Source: Cenarchaeum sp. (GTDB lineage Archaea > Thermoproteota > Nitrososphaeria > Nitrososphaerales > Nitrosopumilaceae). Taken from it: DNA of 64,000 nucleotides. The stretch covers positions 1,344,001-1,408,000 of the forward strand of contig OZ242221.1 of the NCBI GenBank assembly GCA_965206845.1. Reading direction: 5' to 3'. The notes below the pieces were generated by a model. The model was not told where the DNA came from and did not search any database. It worked only from the letters and a program-made list of their open reading frames with translations. Of this stretch, positions 40,128-48,692 are shown in pieces. Every line of letters begins with the position of its first letter. Position 1 is the first letter of the stretch. The position numbers were made by a program, and so were the translations under genes.

Positions 40128-41576
40128 ATGTCGTCGCTGCTTCCAAAGAAAACCGGCAACATGGAGTATGTGATCGAGCCCGACTCCGAAAACGGGATGA
40201 ACGTTCCGGTGAGAATACTTGCCAGCGAGGGGCTGCTTCAAAAGATGCTCTCAGATCGGACCGTCCGGCAGGCGGCAAACGTCGCGTCCATGCCTGGCAT
40301 CGTGGGACACTGCACGGTTCTACCCGACGGCCACGAGGGGTACGGCTTTCCCGTGGGCGGTGTGGCCGCAATGGATGCAGAGGAGGGGATGATCAGCCCC
40401 GGCGGCGTGGGCTATGACATCAACTGCGGTGTCCGGCTGATCCGGACCAGCCTGAAGGAGAAGGATCTGCGGCCCAGGCTCAAGACGCTGGTGGCGGACC
40501 TCTTCCACTCGGTTCCGTCCGGCGTCGGCTCCAAGGGGGCGATCCGGCTGAACCACTCCCAGCTGGACGAGGTGCTCGTCCGCGGAGTCAGGTGGGCCAT
40601 AGATGGCGGCTACGGATCCAGGGACGACGCAGACGTCTGCGAGGAGAACGGGCAGATGGCCAGGGCGGATCCTGACAAGGTATCTGACAGGGCCCGCAAG
40701 CGGGGAGCCCCGCAGCTGGGAAGCCTGGGATCCGGGAACCACTTTCTTGAGGTGCAGAGGGTGGACGAGATTCACGACCCCGTGGCGGCTGCCCGGATGG
40801 GGATAGAGGAAGGCCAGGTCACGGTTCTGGTGCACTGCGGCTCCCGCGGCTTTGGCCACCAGATATGCAGCGACTACCTCAGGGTCTGCGAGCAGGCGCT
40901 CCCACGGTACGGCATAAAACTAAAGGATCGGGAGCTGGCATGCGTGCCAAACTCGTCCGAGGAGGGGGAATCCTACAGAATGGCGATGTTTGCCGCGCTG
41001 AACTTTGCGTGGAGCAACAGGCAGATGATAACCCACTGGATACGGCGCTCCTTTGAGCGCGTGTTTGGCCAGACCGAATCGGATCTGGGAATGAATCTCA
41101 TATATGATGTGGCCCACAACATAGCCAAGGTGGAGGAGCACACGGTAGACGGGTGTAACAGATCAGTGGTGGTTCACAGGAAGGGCGCCACTAGGGCGTA
41201 CCCCGCAGGCAGGCAGGAGGTGCCCTCAAAGTACAGGGACCTAGGACAGCCCGTGTTCGTTCCAGGCTCGATGGGCACTGCCAGCTGGATCCTGCTGGGC
41301 CAGCCCGGCTCGATGGATATGACCTTCGGCTCCACCGCGCACGGCGCCGGCAGGACGATGTCCCGATCCAGGGCAAGGCGCCAGTACACCGAGTCGCAGG
41401 TAAAAAAGTCGCTAAGTGAGAGGGGAATATTTGTCAAGTCGCTGACGCGGAACGGTGTCGTGGAGGAGGCTCCTCAGGCATACAAGGATGTGGACAGCGT
41501 GATCGATGTCTCGCACCAGCTGGGCATAGCAACCAAGGTGGCAAGGCTGGTTCCGGTGGGGGTGATCAAGGGTTGA
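40128..41576 (+). CDS. rtcB: tRNA-splicing ligase RtcB
   Basis: PDGHEGYGFP, GYDINCG, GSGNHF, HCGSRG, HRKGAT and HGAGR motifs. Confidence 0.97.
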   Translation: MSSLLPKKTGNMEYVIEPDSENGMNVPVRILASEGLLQKMLSDRTVRQAANVASMPGIVGHCTVLPDGHEGYGFPVGGVAAMDAEEGMISPGGVGYDINCGVRLIRTSLKEKDLRPRLKTLVADLFHSVPSGVGSKGAIRLNHSQLDEVLVRGVRWAIDGGYGSRDDADVCEENGQMARADPDKVSDRARKRGAPQLGSLGSGNHFLEVQRVDEIHDPVAAARMGIEEGQVTVLVHCGSRGFGHQICSDYLRVCEQALPRYGIKLKDRELACVPNSSEEGESYRMAMFAALNFAWSNRQMITHWIRRSFERVFGQTESDLGMNLIYDVAHNIAKVEEHTVDGCNRSVVVHRKGATRAYPAGRQEVPSKYRDLGQPVFVPGSMGTASWILLGQPGSMDMTFGSTAHGAGRTMSRSRARRQYTESQVKKSLSERGIFVKSLTRNGVVEEAPQAYKDVDSVIDVSHQLGIATKVARLVPVGVIKG

Positions 41577-41956
41577 GCACCGACGACGAGCTGGAGAGGC
41601 TGAAGGCAAGGAGGCTTGCCGAGATGCAAAAGAACCTCTCGACAAAGCAGCCCAAGCCTGCCGAACCAGAAAAGAGGCAATCTGCCAGGGATCTGCTGGT
41701 GTCTCGGCTGGGATACCGGGGGCTGGAGGTTCTGGAGCTTGCCGAGAGGCAGTATCCGGTACAGACCCGCTCCATAACCGCAAAGATAGCCGAGCTTATC
41801 TTGCAGGGTGGCATAGATCAGGCAATCGACGGTGGGGATCTCCTCGCGCTGTTCAGGTCAGTGGGGCTACCGGTAAGGGTAAAGACCACAATCAGCGTAG
41901 AGCAGGACGGCAAGCTGGTCTCACTCTCCGAGCGACTGAGGGCCGACAAGGAGTAG
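41573..41956 (+). CDS. PDCD5-like double-stranded DNA-binding protein
   Basis: DDELERLKARRLAEMQ N-terminus; overlaps the rtcB stop. Confidence 0.75.
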   Translation: MSTDDELERLKARRLAEMQKNLSTKQPKPAEPEKRQSARDLLVSRLGYRGLEVLELAERQYPVQTRSITAKIAELILQGGIDQAIDGGDLLALFRSVGLPVRVKTTISVEQDGKLVSLSERLRADKE

Positions 41957-41962
41957 GCGGTC

Positions 41963-42277
41963 TTGTGCGCAGTCTTTGAGCTCAGCACAAGGGACTACGA
42001 CAACAGCTCCTTTCAGATCAAGAAGGCGCTCTCGCACCTTGAGACGATCTGCGAGGCGTGGAACGGCTACCGGCTGGGCCCGCCAAAGTCAAAGTTCGGA
42101 TGGACTTTCTTTGAGATGATAATCCAGCCACAGCTACAGAGCGGTATCGAGTCTAGGTTCGCAGACATGATCAGCCAGTACCGGTTCAGCAAGCGTCCAG
42201 AGAAGTTCACAAAGTTCTTCGGGGACTATCTTGACGCCAAAAAGTGCAACGTCCGGGTAAGGCTGATCGACTTTTAG
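41963..42277 (+). CDS. hypothetical protein
   Basis: 104-aa ORF in the rtcB operon. Confidence 0.65.
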   Translation: MCAVFELSTRDYDNSSFQIKKALSHLETICEAWNGYRLGPPKSKFGWTFFEMIIQPQLQSGIESRFADMISQYRFSKRPEKFTKFFGDYLDAKKCNVRVRLIDF

Positions 42278-42505
42278 CGCGGCCCCGCCTTCTGCCGGCC
42301 GCGGCATGTCCTGGCAGCTGTATGCGGACAGGTTCCGCGCCTACCATCGCCGGTTTCTGCGGGACAGTCAGAGGCGGCCCGACCTCTTCGCTGCCTGTCG
42401 GACTACACAAGTATGATCCAGTCTGCGGGGATCGCAGGTGCCCGTCAAATGGATGACGACGCTAGATAAACTCTCTACCTAGCTAAAGATAGTTCCTGTA
42501 GGAGA

Positions 42506-43045
42506 CTAGACCCTTCTGCCCCGCTTGCCACCCTTCTTTCTGGTGGTATCGTGCGGAATGGGCGTCACATCGTCGATCCTGCCTATTGTGAAGCCGCCTC
42601 TTGCCAGGGCCCTGATTGCAGCCTGCGCGCCCGGACCCGGAACGCGGGAGCCGACTCCGCCGACTGCCCTGACCCTTATGTGAAACGCCGTAAATCCCTT
42701 TGATCTTGCCGACTCGACCACCGCGTTGGCGGCCTTCATGGCGGCAAACGGTGACGACTCGTACCGGTCTGCATTTACATGCATTCCGCCGGAGCTTATC
42801 GAGACCGTCTCTGCGCCCGTCAGGTCGGTCATGTGGATGATGGTGTTGTTGTAACTGCTGAATATGTGGGCTACTCCCCACTTTTCCCGCGCGATCTTCT
42901 TTGCCGCAGGCTCCTTTGCCTGCTCGACTGCCTCCGGGGAGGCCACTTCGGATTTTGTCTCTGCTTGCGTGCCCTCTACCGCTTCTGCCTGTGTGCTCTC
43001 TGCGGCCTCTGCTGGCTTTTGCTCCTCTGTTACGGTCTCTGACAC
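42506..43045 (-). CDS. rps11: 30S ribosomal protein uS11 with acidic N-terminal extension
   Basis: [35 protein letters not shown] and GRRV motifs; GTG start with TATA at 43068-43076. Confidence 0.96.
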   Translation of the reverse strand: MSETVTEEQKPAEAAESTQAEAVEGTQAETKSEVASPEAVEQAKEPAAKKIAREKWGVAHIFSSYNNTIIHMTDLTGAETVSISSGGMHVNADRYESSPFAAMKAANAVVESARSKGFTAFHIRVRAVGGVGSRVPGPGAQAAIRALARGGFTIGRIDDVTPIPHDTTRKKGGKRGRRV

Positions 43046-43083
43046 AGAGTACAAACCCTCTGAAGGGTTTAAAAAACATTGGT

Positions 43084-43268
43084 TTGCAGGCGGCACCTCT
43101 GGGCACGAAAACACACATTCTGAAGTTTTCATGCTTGGGTTGGTGCGGCAGGCGACTCCGTACCCTGCAGCACTCAAGGCAGGCCCCGGCTCGACTCGGG
43201 CATGGGTCTGTACCCGTGCATGCTTTTGCGCCATGTTCAACACGGCAGGCGACCTCGCATCTCTGTAA
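43084..43268. repeat. imperfect palindromic intergenic element (same family as 39884-40084)
   Basis: TTCATGCTTGGGTTGG pairs with TCGACTCGGGCATGGG (Watson-Crick plus G-U); ungapped transition-rich similarity to 39945-39983 and 7909-7940. Confidence 0.65.
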
Positions 43269-43291
43269 CGACCGAACAGCCCAAATAACTG

Positions 43292-44194
43292 ATGCGTGTA
43301 TCCGGTACTGTGAAGACGGTGGATCCGCTGGATGTGTTTCTGTGGACCTTCCGGCGGAGTGAGCGGGATGTCATAAAGCTCTACGACTCGCTCTCAGACG
43401 TGATGGCGCTGGCAACCGGTGGGGACATGATAAACTTCGGGCTCTGGGACGAGGGCACGCCGGATCCAATATCTGCCCAGAGGAGGCTCTGTCTGGCCTT
43501 TGCAGAGATGGCGGGGCTGCGGGACGGCGAGCGCGTCCTTGATGTGGGATGCGGCTATGCGGCTCCGGCAGCCCAGTGGCACGACACCTGCAAGTCCGAG
43601 TTCTTCTGCGTCAACATCAACCTAGGCCAGCTCCGTGACTCGCAGAGGAACCCCGATGTCGCCTCAAAGTCCCGTATGCGCAAGGACGGCGGCATCCGTC
43701 TCGTCAACGCGACTGCCACCCGGATGCCGTTTGCGGACTGCTGGGCGGACAGGGTTCTGGCGTTCGAGTCGCCGCAGCACTTCCGGCCGCTGAGATCCTT
43801 CATTGCGGAGTCCAGAAGAATCCTCAAGCCCGGCGGACTGCTGGTGCTGGCCCTTCCGGTGGTATCTGCGAACACCGCCGCTCCCGTAATCAGGCTGGGG
43901 CTGCTGGCGATGACCTGGTCGTCTGAACACTACACCGCCGACTTTGTTCTGTCGCTGCTGGCAGAGGAGGGCTTTGACATACTGGAGAGGCAGGAGATCG
44001 GCTCCCATGTGTACGGACCGCTTGCGGACTATTACTCACAGAACAGGGATGCGATACGGCAGAAGCTCCTTCTACGATATCCGGGCTACGTGGAGGCGAT
44101 CCTCAACAAGTCGATGCAGAAGATGAAGCAGGTGTCGCGCGACGGCATAATCGGGTACCTCATGGTGTCCTGCCAAAAACCCGACACGCCTTAG
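43292..44194 (+). CDS. class I SAM-dependent methyltransferase (sterol/tocopherol MTase-like)
   Basis: [14 protein letters not shown] and ILKPGG motifs. Confidence 0.88.
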   Translation: MRVSGTVKTVDPLDVFLWTFRRSERDVIKLYDSLSDVMALATGGDMINFGLWDEGTPDPISAQRRLCLAFAEMAGLRDGERVLDVGCGYAAPAAQWHDTCKSEFFCVNINLGQLRDSQRNPDVASKSRMRKDGGIRLVNATATRMPFADCWADRVLAFESPQHFRPLRSFIAESRRILKPGGLLVLALPVVSANTAAPVIRLGLLAMTWSSEHYTADFVLSLLAEEGFDILERQEIGSHVYGPLADYYSQNRDAIRQKLLLRYPGYVEAILNKSMQKMKQVSRDGIIGYLMVSCQKPDTP

Positions 44195-45123
44195 AAGCGG
44201 CGCCACCCGCGATCCGTGACCGCGACCCTCCTGCCGCCAAGATCCCGGTAGACGCCGGATCCCGAAAGGACCGTCCCTATGATATCCAGGTGCACGCCGG
44301 TTGATTGTGCCAGCTCCGCAAGGCGCTGTCCCGCCTCGGGCGGGGCGGTAAACACGATCTCGTACTCTCCGCCGCCGTACAGAACCATCTCTGCCGTGTC
44401 AAGGCCGTGCTGTTGCGCAAACCCCGCCGCCCCCTCTGCTGCCGGCAGGCTATCCACCAGAAACATCCTGTTGCTCTGCCTTGCCATCTCGTTGAGGCAT
44501 GTCGCGAGCCCGTCGCTGGAATCCATGGACGATGTTGCCAGCTCCGTGTACCTGGTGCCAAACTCCAGTGGTGGCCGCGGCCTGAGAACCGCTGACTTGG
44601 CCCGGGCGGCAAACTCCCCGCCGTCCGGCAGCCCCTCCATGAGAATCTTCAGCCCGGCGGCAGTGTACCCAAAGGGACCCGTGGCGTAGATGCGGTCCCC
44701 CGTGCGCGCCCCCCGCCTGCGCACCGCGCCCCCGGAGGAGCCAAACAGGGTCACCTGCGCCACCATCTCTCTTCCCCTGCCGGTATCTCCACCGAGAATC
44801 CTGATCCCAAATTCCCCTGCCGCATCTGCCATGCCCTCAGAGAGGAGCCTCACATCCTGCGGCGTAAATGCGTCGGGAATGGTGACTGCGATCACGCCGT
44901 ATTCGGGCCTGATCCCCTTGGCGGCAAAGTCGCTCACGCAGGAGGCCACGCTCCTGTACCCGGCATTGCGCAGACCTGACCCCGGTGGAACATCTGAGCT
45001 CTCAGATATGGCATCGGTGTTTACCGCCATGGTCCCCTTTGCGGCCTCAAACGTCTCCACGTCCTCAAACGTGTCTATGCCCAGGCTCTTCTGAAATATC
45101 CCGATGATCTCACGCTCATCCAT
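44191..45123 (-). CDS. thiL: thiamine-monophosphate kinase
   Basis: SDFAAKG, GGDTG, DSSDGL and GGEYE motifs. Confidence 0.92.
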   Translation of the reverse strand: MDEREIIGIFQKSLGIDTFEDVETFEAAKGTMAVNTDAISESSDVPPGSGLRNAGYRSVASCVSDFAAKGIRPEYGVIAVTIPDAFTPQDVRLLSEGMADAAGEFGIRILGGDTGRGREMVAQVTLFGSSGGAVRRRGARTGDRIYATGPFGYTAAGLKILMEGLPDGGEFAARAKSAVLRPRPPLEFGTRYTELATSSMDSSDGLATCLNEMARQSNRMFLVDSLPAAEGAAGFAQQHGLDTAEMVLYGGGEYEIVFTAPPEAGQRLAELAQSTGVHLDIIGTVLSGSGVYRDLGGRRVAVTDRGWRRF

Positions 45124-46402
45124 GGCACTCTGCCACCATCCTCTTTACGCTGTCTGCCATGAGGCGGGCCCGGCCGGGCCTGTTGGACTCGGCTGACACC
45201 CTGATGACATCCTCCGTGTTTGATGCCCGCACCAGCACCCAGCTGTCCTCGTCTGCGATCCCCTTGATGCCGTCGATATCTACAGTCTCGCTGTACTCGT
45301 GCGCCATCCTGCCTGCTATGCGCCCAAGCGTTGCGTCGTGCCTGTCTGAGTCCAGCGCCACTGCATCCCTGACTTGGTGGTACGACTCCATAAACGAGAC
45401 GACCTCGTCCATGTCCGACAGATCCAGCATCGACGCAACAAGGCCGCCTGTCAGTATTCCGTCCCTGCAGTAGTTGAACTCGGGGAGTATGAACCCGGCA
45501 CTGCTTCCCTCACCGCCTGCCTGCGCGCCCGTCTCCTGTATCATCTCCACCACGTTGGCCTCGCCCACCTTTGATCTTTTCGCGCTCCCGCCGCCCTGTC
45601 TGATGATCCTCTCGACTGCCACGCTGGTGTCGATGCTCAGCACGTACCTCTTGTACCCCATGTCCAGGGCCTTTGCGATCCCAAGGCCCAGCGTGGCGTC
45701 CGGAGACAGCCTTCTGCCCCCCCTCACTATCACCAGCCGGTCCCCGTCCAGGTCAAAGGCAAAGCCGACGTCTGCCGTGCTGCCTGCCGCCGTCAGGTCG
45801 GCCAGCCCGTCGGAGGTGGGATCCGGGCCACGGGTCGACTCTGCCAACGTACCATTGATCGTGCGCACCCTGCAGCCGAGCCTCTCCAGAAGAGCGGGCG
45901 CAACGCCTGCCGCGGCTCCCCCTCCGGCATCCACCAGTATGTCCGGCGAGCCGTCGATGGGGCCCACCAGCTCTGTCGCGTCATCTATGTATGACGACTC
46001 TGCCGTGCCGTAGGAGCCGATCGCGTCCTTTGGCGTCTCCTGCGGCCGGAGCACGGTCTCCAGCTCTCGCGAGTTGATCCCCCGGCCGCCCAGCGCGAAC
46101 TTGAGGCCGTTCCACTCCACGGGGTTGTGTGACGAGGTTACGTTGAGTGCCGCGCCGTACCTGCGCGACTCCCTGAACACAACCGGGGTGGGAGCCACTC
46201 CGAGATCATGCACGTCCATGCCGTTTTGCATGAGAGCGGCAGCTGCCGCCCCGCAGATCATGGCTCCCGACGGCCTGGTGTCTCTGGCAAGTATGCAGTC
46301 TTCGGCAGCCAGAACCGAGAAGCTGTTGCAAAAACCCATGACGTCCACCAGGCTCAGGTCGCGTCCGGCTACCCCCCTGATTCCGGAGATGGTCTTTTTC
46401 AT
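45116..46402 (-). CDS. phosphomannomutase/phosphoglucosamine mutase family protein
   Basis: ISGIRG, TSSHNP, FDLDGDR and RASNTE motifs. Confidence 0.93.
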   Translation of the reverse strand: MKKTISGIRGVAGRDLSLVDVMGFCNSFSVLAAEDCILARDTRPSGAMICGAAAAALMQNGMDVHDLGVAPTPVVFRESRRYGAALNVTSSHNPVEWNGLKFALGGRGINSRELETVLRPQETPKDAIGSYGTAESSYIDDATELVGPIDGSPDILVDAGGGAAAGVAPALLERLGCRVRTINGTLAESTRGPDPTSDGLADLTAAGSTADVGFAFDLDGDRLVIVRGGRRLSPDATLGLGIAKALDMGYKRYVLSIDTSVAVERIIRQGGGSAKRSKVGEANVVEMIQETGAQAGGEGSSAGFILPEFNYCRDGILTGGLVASMLDLSDMDEVVSFMESYHQVRDAVALDSDRHDATLGRIAGRMAHEYSETVDIDGIKGIADEDSWVLVRASNTEDVIRVSAESNRPGRARLMADSVKRMVAECHG

Positions 46403-46452
46403 AACCCAGAACCGGAAAGGGTTTTATTAACTCTGACTAAAGTCGTGTCGGT

Positions 46453-46526
46453 GCCCCGATAGCTCAGCCCGGTAGAGCGAACGCCTCGTAAGCGTTAGGT
46501 CGCGGGTTCAGATCCCGTTCGGGGCT
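46453..46526 (+). tRNA. tRNA-Thr(CGT)
   Basis: GCCCCGA...AACGC-CTCGTAA-GCGTT...GGTTCAGATCC...TCGGGGC. Confidence 0.95.
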
Positions 46527-46884
46527 CTTCCTCTTCTGCGTGGAGTCATGTCACGTCTCGTAGTGTGATTCAATGTCGTTCTGAAGTTTTTCGCCAAGGC
46601 TTTTCCACCAACTCGTGCGATCTTCTGTCATCTATGGTACGTGATCCTATTCATATATAGATCTGTCGGTAGCCCGGCACGGAACCGTCCGGCGCCCCTC
46701 CCCGGCTCGGGTTCGTGCGCCGGGCTGGGATTTTGTGCCCAGCCATGTACGCACCCGTGTCTGCCTGGGTGAGCATGTGCCCCGCAGGCCAGTCCGGGGT
46801 GCCTGCGGGCCGATCCACCGGAACCGGCTGATCCGGCAGGGGGAATGATATAATTCGCACCGGCTCCGTAATGAAGAGCAGGCA

Positions 46885-47718
46885 ATGAATCTGAGAATAA
46901 ACGATGCAGAGGTTACCGTCTTCACCGGCGACTGCCTTGACTTTATGGGGACGATACCTGACGAGAGTGTCAAGCTGATCGTGACGTCCCCTCCATACAA
47001 CATCGGCAAGGAGTACGAAAAAAGGGACAGCCTGTCTGCATACCTGGAGAGCCAGCGGCAGGTGATAGGTGCGTGCGTCGGCAAGCTCGACCCGGGCGGC
47101 TCCATCTGCTGGCAGGTCGGCAACTTTGTCGAGAACGGCGCGATCATCCCGCTGGATGTGGAACTGTACCCCATCTTCAAGGATCTGGGGCTGAAGATGC
47201 GGAACCGCATAATCTGGCATTTTGGCCACGGCCTGCAGTGCTCCCGGAGGCTCTCTGGCAGGTACGAGACCATACTGTGGTTCACAAAGTCAGACGAGTA
47301 CACGTTCAACCTGGATCCCATCAGGGTGCCACAAAAGTACCCCAACAAGCGCTACTTCTCGGGAAAGAGAAAAGGCGAGCTGTCCTGCAACCCGCTTGGC
47401 AAGAACCCGTCTGACGTGTGGGAGATTCCAAACGTCAAGCACAACCACATCGAGAAGACGGCTCACCCGGCACAGTTTCCGGTGGAGCTTGTGGAGAGGC
47501 TGGTTCTGTCGCTCACCGATGAGGGTGACACAGTCTTTGATCCCTACATCGGATCTGGCAGCACCGCGGTGGCGTCCCTCATGCACAAAAGGAACTGTCT
47601 TGGCTCTGAGCGGGAGCCCAAGTACGTCCGAATCATGCTTGAAAGGCTGGATCGTCTAGGCGAGAAGAGACTCAAGACCCGTCCCATGGACAGGCCTGTG
47701 TACCGACCTGGGACGTAG
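46885..47718 (+). CDS. beta-class N4-cytosine/N6-adenine DNA methyltransferase (orphan)
   Basis: TSPPYN precedes HPAQFP and FDPYIGSGST (beta motif order). Confidence 0.92.
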   Translation: MNLRINDAEVTVFTGDCLDFMGTIPDESVKLIVTSPPYNIGKEYEKRDSLSAYLESQRQVIGACVGKLDPGGSICWQVGNFVENGAIIPLDVELYPIFKDLGLKMRNRIIWHFGHGLQCSRRLSGRYETILWFTKSDEYTFNLDPIRVPQKYPNKRYFSGKRKGELSCNPLGKNPSDVWEIPNVKHNHIEKTAHPAQFPVELVERLVLSLTDEGDTVFDPYIGSGSTAVASLMHKRNCLGSEREPKYVRIMLERLDRLGEKRLKTRPMDRPVYRPGT

Positions 47719-48087
47719 CCCGAGCTGTCCTGCCGCGGCAGGCTATTTTGCCCTCTTCTTCTTTTTCAAGAGTATTACTATAAAGGCCCCTCCGGCGCAC
47801 GACCAGAATATGGGCCATCCCAGGGGATCCTGCTGCGGTATGGGGCCGACAAAGGCGTAGATTGTCCCCCCCACGAGTCCGAATCCGATAAGATCCAGAA
47901 TCCTACTCATTCCGTACCGCGGCCACTCTGATACTGTAAAGTTTTCGGAGCAGCGCGAGATCGGATCCCGTCACGTTTGGGCATGGGTTTGTATTCCGGA
48001 ACGGATCCCCACATCCGGCCCGGTGCGGCAGGCAGCCTCACCATGCCGGGTTCAAAAAGATATATTGTTTCACGGGGTATCATACCC

Positions 48088-48282
48088 ATGGACAAGTATC
48101 TGCTGGTCGTGCTGATGTTTCTCATCGGTGGAATGGGAATAGCGATAACCAGGAGTCCGCCCCAGTACCTCCTCTTTTACGGCATGCTGGGCGGGGCGAT
48201 CGTAGTCATAATCTACAGCTCGCTCAAAACCAGAAGGGCGCAAGATGAGCTGAGAAGGCAGAAGAGGAAATCAAAAAAATAG
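48088..48282 (+). CDS. small 2-TM membrane protein
   Basis: MDKYLLVVLMF...; two hydrophobic helices and a basic tail; AT-rich box ~25 nt upstream. Confidence 0.7.
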   Translation: MDKYLLVVLMFLIGGMGIAITRSPPQYLLFYGMLGGAIVVIIYSSLKTRRAQDELRRQKRKSKK

Positions 48283-48284
48283 TC

Positions 48285-48560
48285 CTATAGTTCCAGACCG
48301 AAAGATCCGGCCATCTCTGAGAACTTTCTATACGATTCCAGGTACTGTCGCCCCTTGGACGTAATTACGAACGTGTTTTTGCCGTCGTACTCGATCTTTG
48401 TAATCAGGCCCGCGCCTGTAAGGTTCTCGATGAACTTGGTTAGTCTTGAATGTGATAGGTTTGCCTTTGTGAGTAGCGAGGTCGTCTTGATGCCCTCGTG
48501 GCCCGAATCGCTGGTTACTGCCAGCAGATCCGCTACAATTTTTACACTTGTGCGATACAT
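48285..48560 (-). CDS. winged-helix transcriptional regulator (ArnR1/HTH_45-like)
   Basis: YRTSVKIVADLL...KANLSHSRL...ITSKGRQYL. Confidence 0.85.
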   Translation of the reverse strand: MYRTSVKIVADLLAVTSDSGHEGIKTTSLLTKANLSHSRLTKFIENLTGAGLITKIEYDGKNTFVITSKGRQYLESYRKFSEMAGSFGLEL

Positions 48561-48692
48561 GGTATCCTTGAGAGTACAATTGCATATAAGCGTATATGAC
48601 AGTTCTAGGCACGGTTTTGCGCATCCCGTGGCCGTGCCCTGAAACATAGACATGGTGTTGCAGCTATCCTTAAATAAATTGGACAATTCCAA

